From contig JBKKDM010000183.1 in assembly GCA_046707905.1 (NCBI GenBank), forward strand, positions 12,653 through 76,652: 64,000 nucleotides of DNA, read 5' to 3'. Position numbers and translations under genes: made by a program. The notes under the pieces were generated by a model that was not told the origin of the DNA, ran no database searches, and saw only the letters and a program-made list of their open reading frames with translations. Within the stretch, counting starts at the first letter, position 1, and each line of letters opens with the position of its first letter. Below, piece by piece: positions 63,723-64,000 of this stretch. Source of the stretch: Candidatus Limnocylindrales bacterium (GTDB lineage Bacteria > Chloroflexota > Limnocylindria > Limnocylindrales > CSP1-4).

Positions 63723-64000
63723 ATGTGCCGAAGCATCCGAACCCTCCGCCACCAGCACGATCCAGCCACCAGCGGCGAGGTCGAGGCCGCCGCTCGTCAG
63801 TACGTCCGGAAGGTCAGCGGCTTCCGCCAACCGTCGGCCCGGAACGCCGAGGCCTTCGAGGCCGCGATCGAGGAGATCGCCTCAGCGTCGCAGCGCCTGA
63901 TCCTGGCGATGGGCGGGGACGTGGAGCCGGGACCCGATCGGAAGCCGCCTGCCCGACCGCGCCCCGACGGCGAGGACGGGCATGCCCGCGACCATCGGCT
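63723..64000 (+). CDS. DUF2277-like small protein, 5' part (runs off the right edge)
   Basis: From the ATG at 63723: MCRSIRTLRHQHDPATSGEVEAAARQYVRKVSGFRQPSARNAEAFEAAIEEIASASQRLILAM... This resembles the conserved MCR.I..L....PAT..E...AA.QYVRK.SG pattern recalled for DUF2277. No stop occurs before the window end. Confidence 0.55.
   Translation, partial: MCRSIRTLRHQHDPATSGEVEAAARQYVRKVSGFRQPSARNAEAFEAAIEEIASASQRLILAMGGDVEPGPDRKPPARPRPDGEDGHARDHR

Noticed and set aside
1-64000. CRISPR arrays, rRNA genes and insertion sequences
   Set aside because: The only tandem repeats have 2 copies (15, 17 and 318 bp), and the only dispersed motif has 4 diverged copies with no unique spacers of regular length. 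No 16S, 23S or 5S-like or transposase-like sequence was seen in any frame.

Overview
High-GC bacterial chromosomal window, densely coded, with many ATGA/GTGA start/stop overlaps. Gene content looks Actinomycetota-like: F420-type LLM and PPOX enzymes, a DUF2277 protein, a PucR regulator and a mazG-rph-rdgB block. The taxon cannot be fixed from sequence alone. All calls come from reading the supplied six-frame translations, motif recognition and by-eye codon third-position bias. No searches were run. In this GC range most long ORFs in the table are antisense or out-of-frame artefacts, and I did not call them.

Layout:
- 1-13446: a teichoic-acid-like cell-wall glycopolymer cluster. It holds three TagB/TagF-type glycerol/ribitol-phosphotransferase domains (one fused to a GT2), further GT2 enzymes, an IspD/TarI-like cytidylyltransferase plus SDR pair, and a second, unusual precursor module (NeuA-like cytidylyltransferase, D-2-hydroxyacid dehydrogenase, SDR, cyclase-family protein, FkbM methyltransferase).
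- 13.5-19 kb: housekeeping genes (parvulin PPIase, mazG, rph, rdgB).
- 19137-25086: tRNA-Pro(UGG) followed by a 5.8 kb Liv-type ABC transporter plus isochorismatase-family hydrolase cassette. A 39-nt direct copy of the tRNA 5' half closes the cassette.
- 25-64 kb: mixed metabolism and regulation. This includes a sulfite-oxidase-like Mo enzyme, an LLM oxidoreductase, an Lrp regulator coupled to a GGDEF cyclase, a PLP sulfur-amino-acid enzyme, resB, PucR, glnA, a TetR/MFS pair, tRNA-Pro(CGG), an M28 peptidase, a PQQ sugar dehydrogenase, two AlkA-like glycosylases, an ATP-grasp/esterase/SRPBCC operon, betA-like, proline dehydrogenase, fumC, YpfJ, TfoX-like, RlpA-like, and an orphan histidine kinase.

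Most notable observations:
1. A tryptophanase/tyrosine-phenol-lyase-family gene carries a diverged in-frame 318-bp tandem duplication of its PLP-lysine segment, plus an amber stop.
2. The ABC cassette is bracketed by tRNA 5'-half repeats and contains no integrase.
3. The glycopolymer cluster has an unassigned second activated-precursor module.
4. A convergent intergenic region is packed with a 4-copy palindromic motif and a 15-nt tandem repeat.
5. Frame disruptions occur in a PucR regulator and in an HtrA-like remnant.
6. rdgB has no canonical start codon for its conserved N-terminus.

No CRISPR array, transposase, integrase or rRNA was seen.
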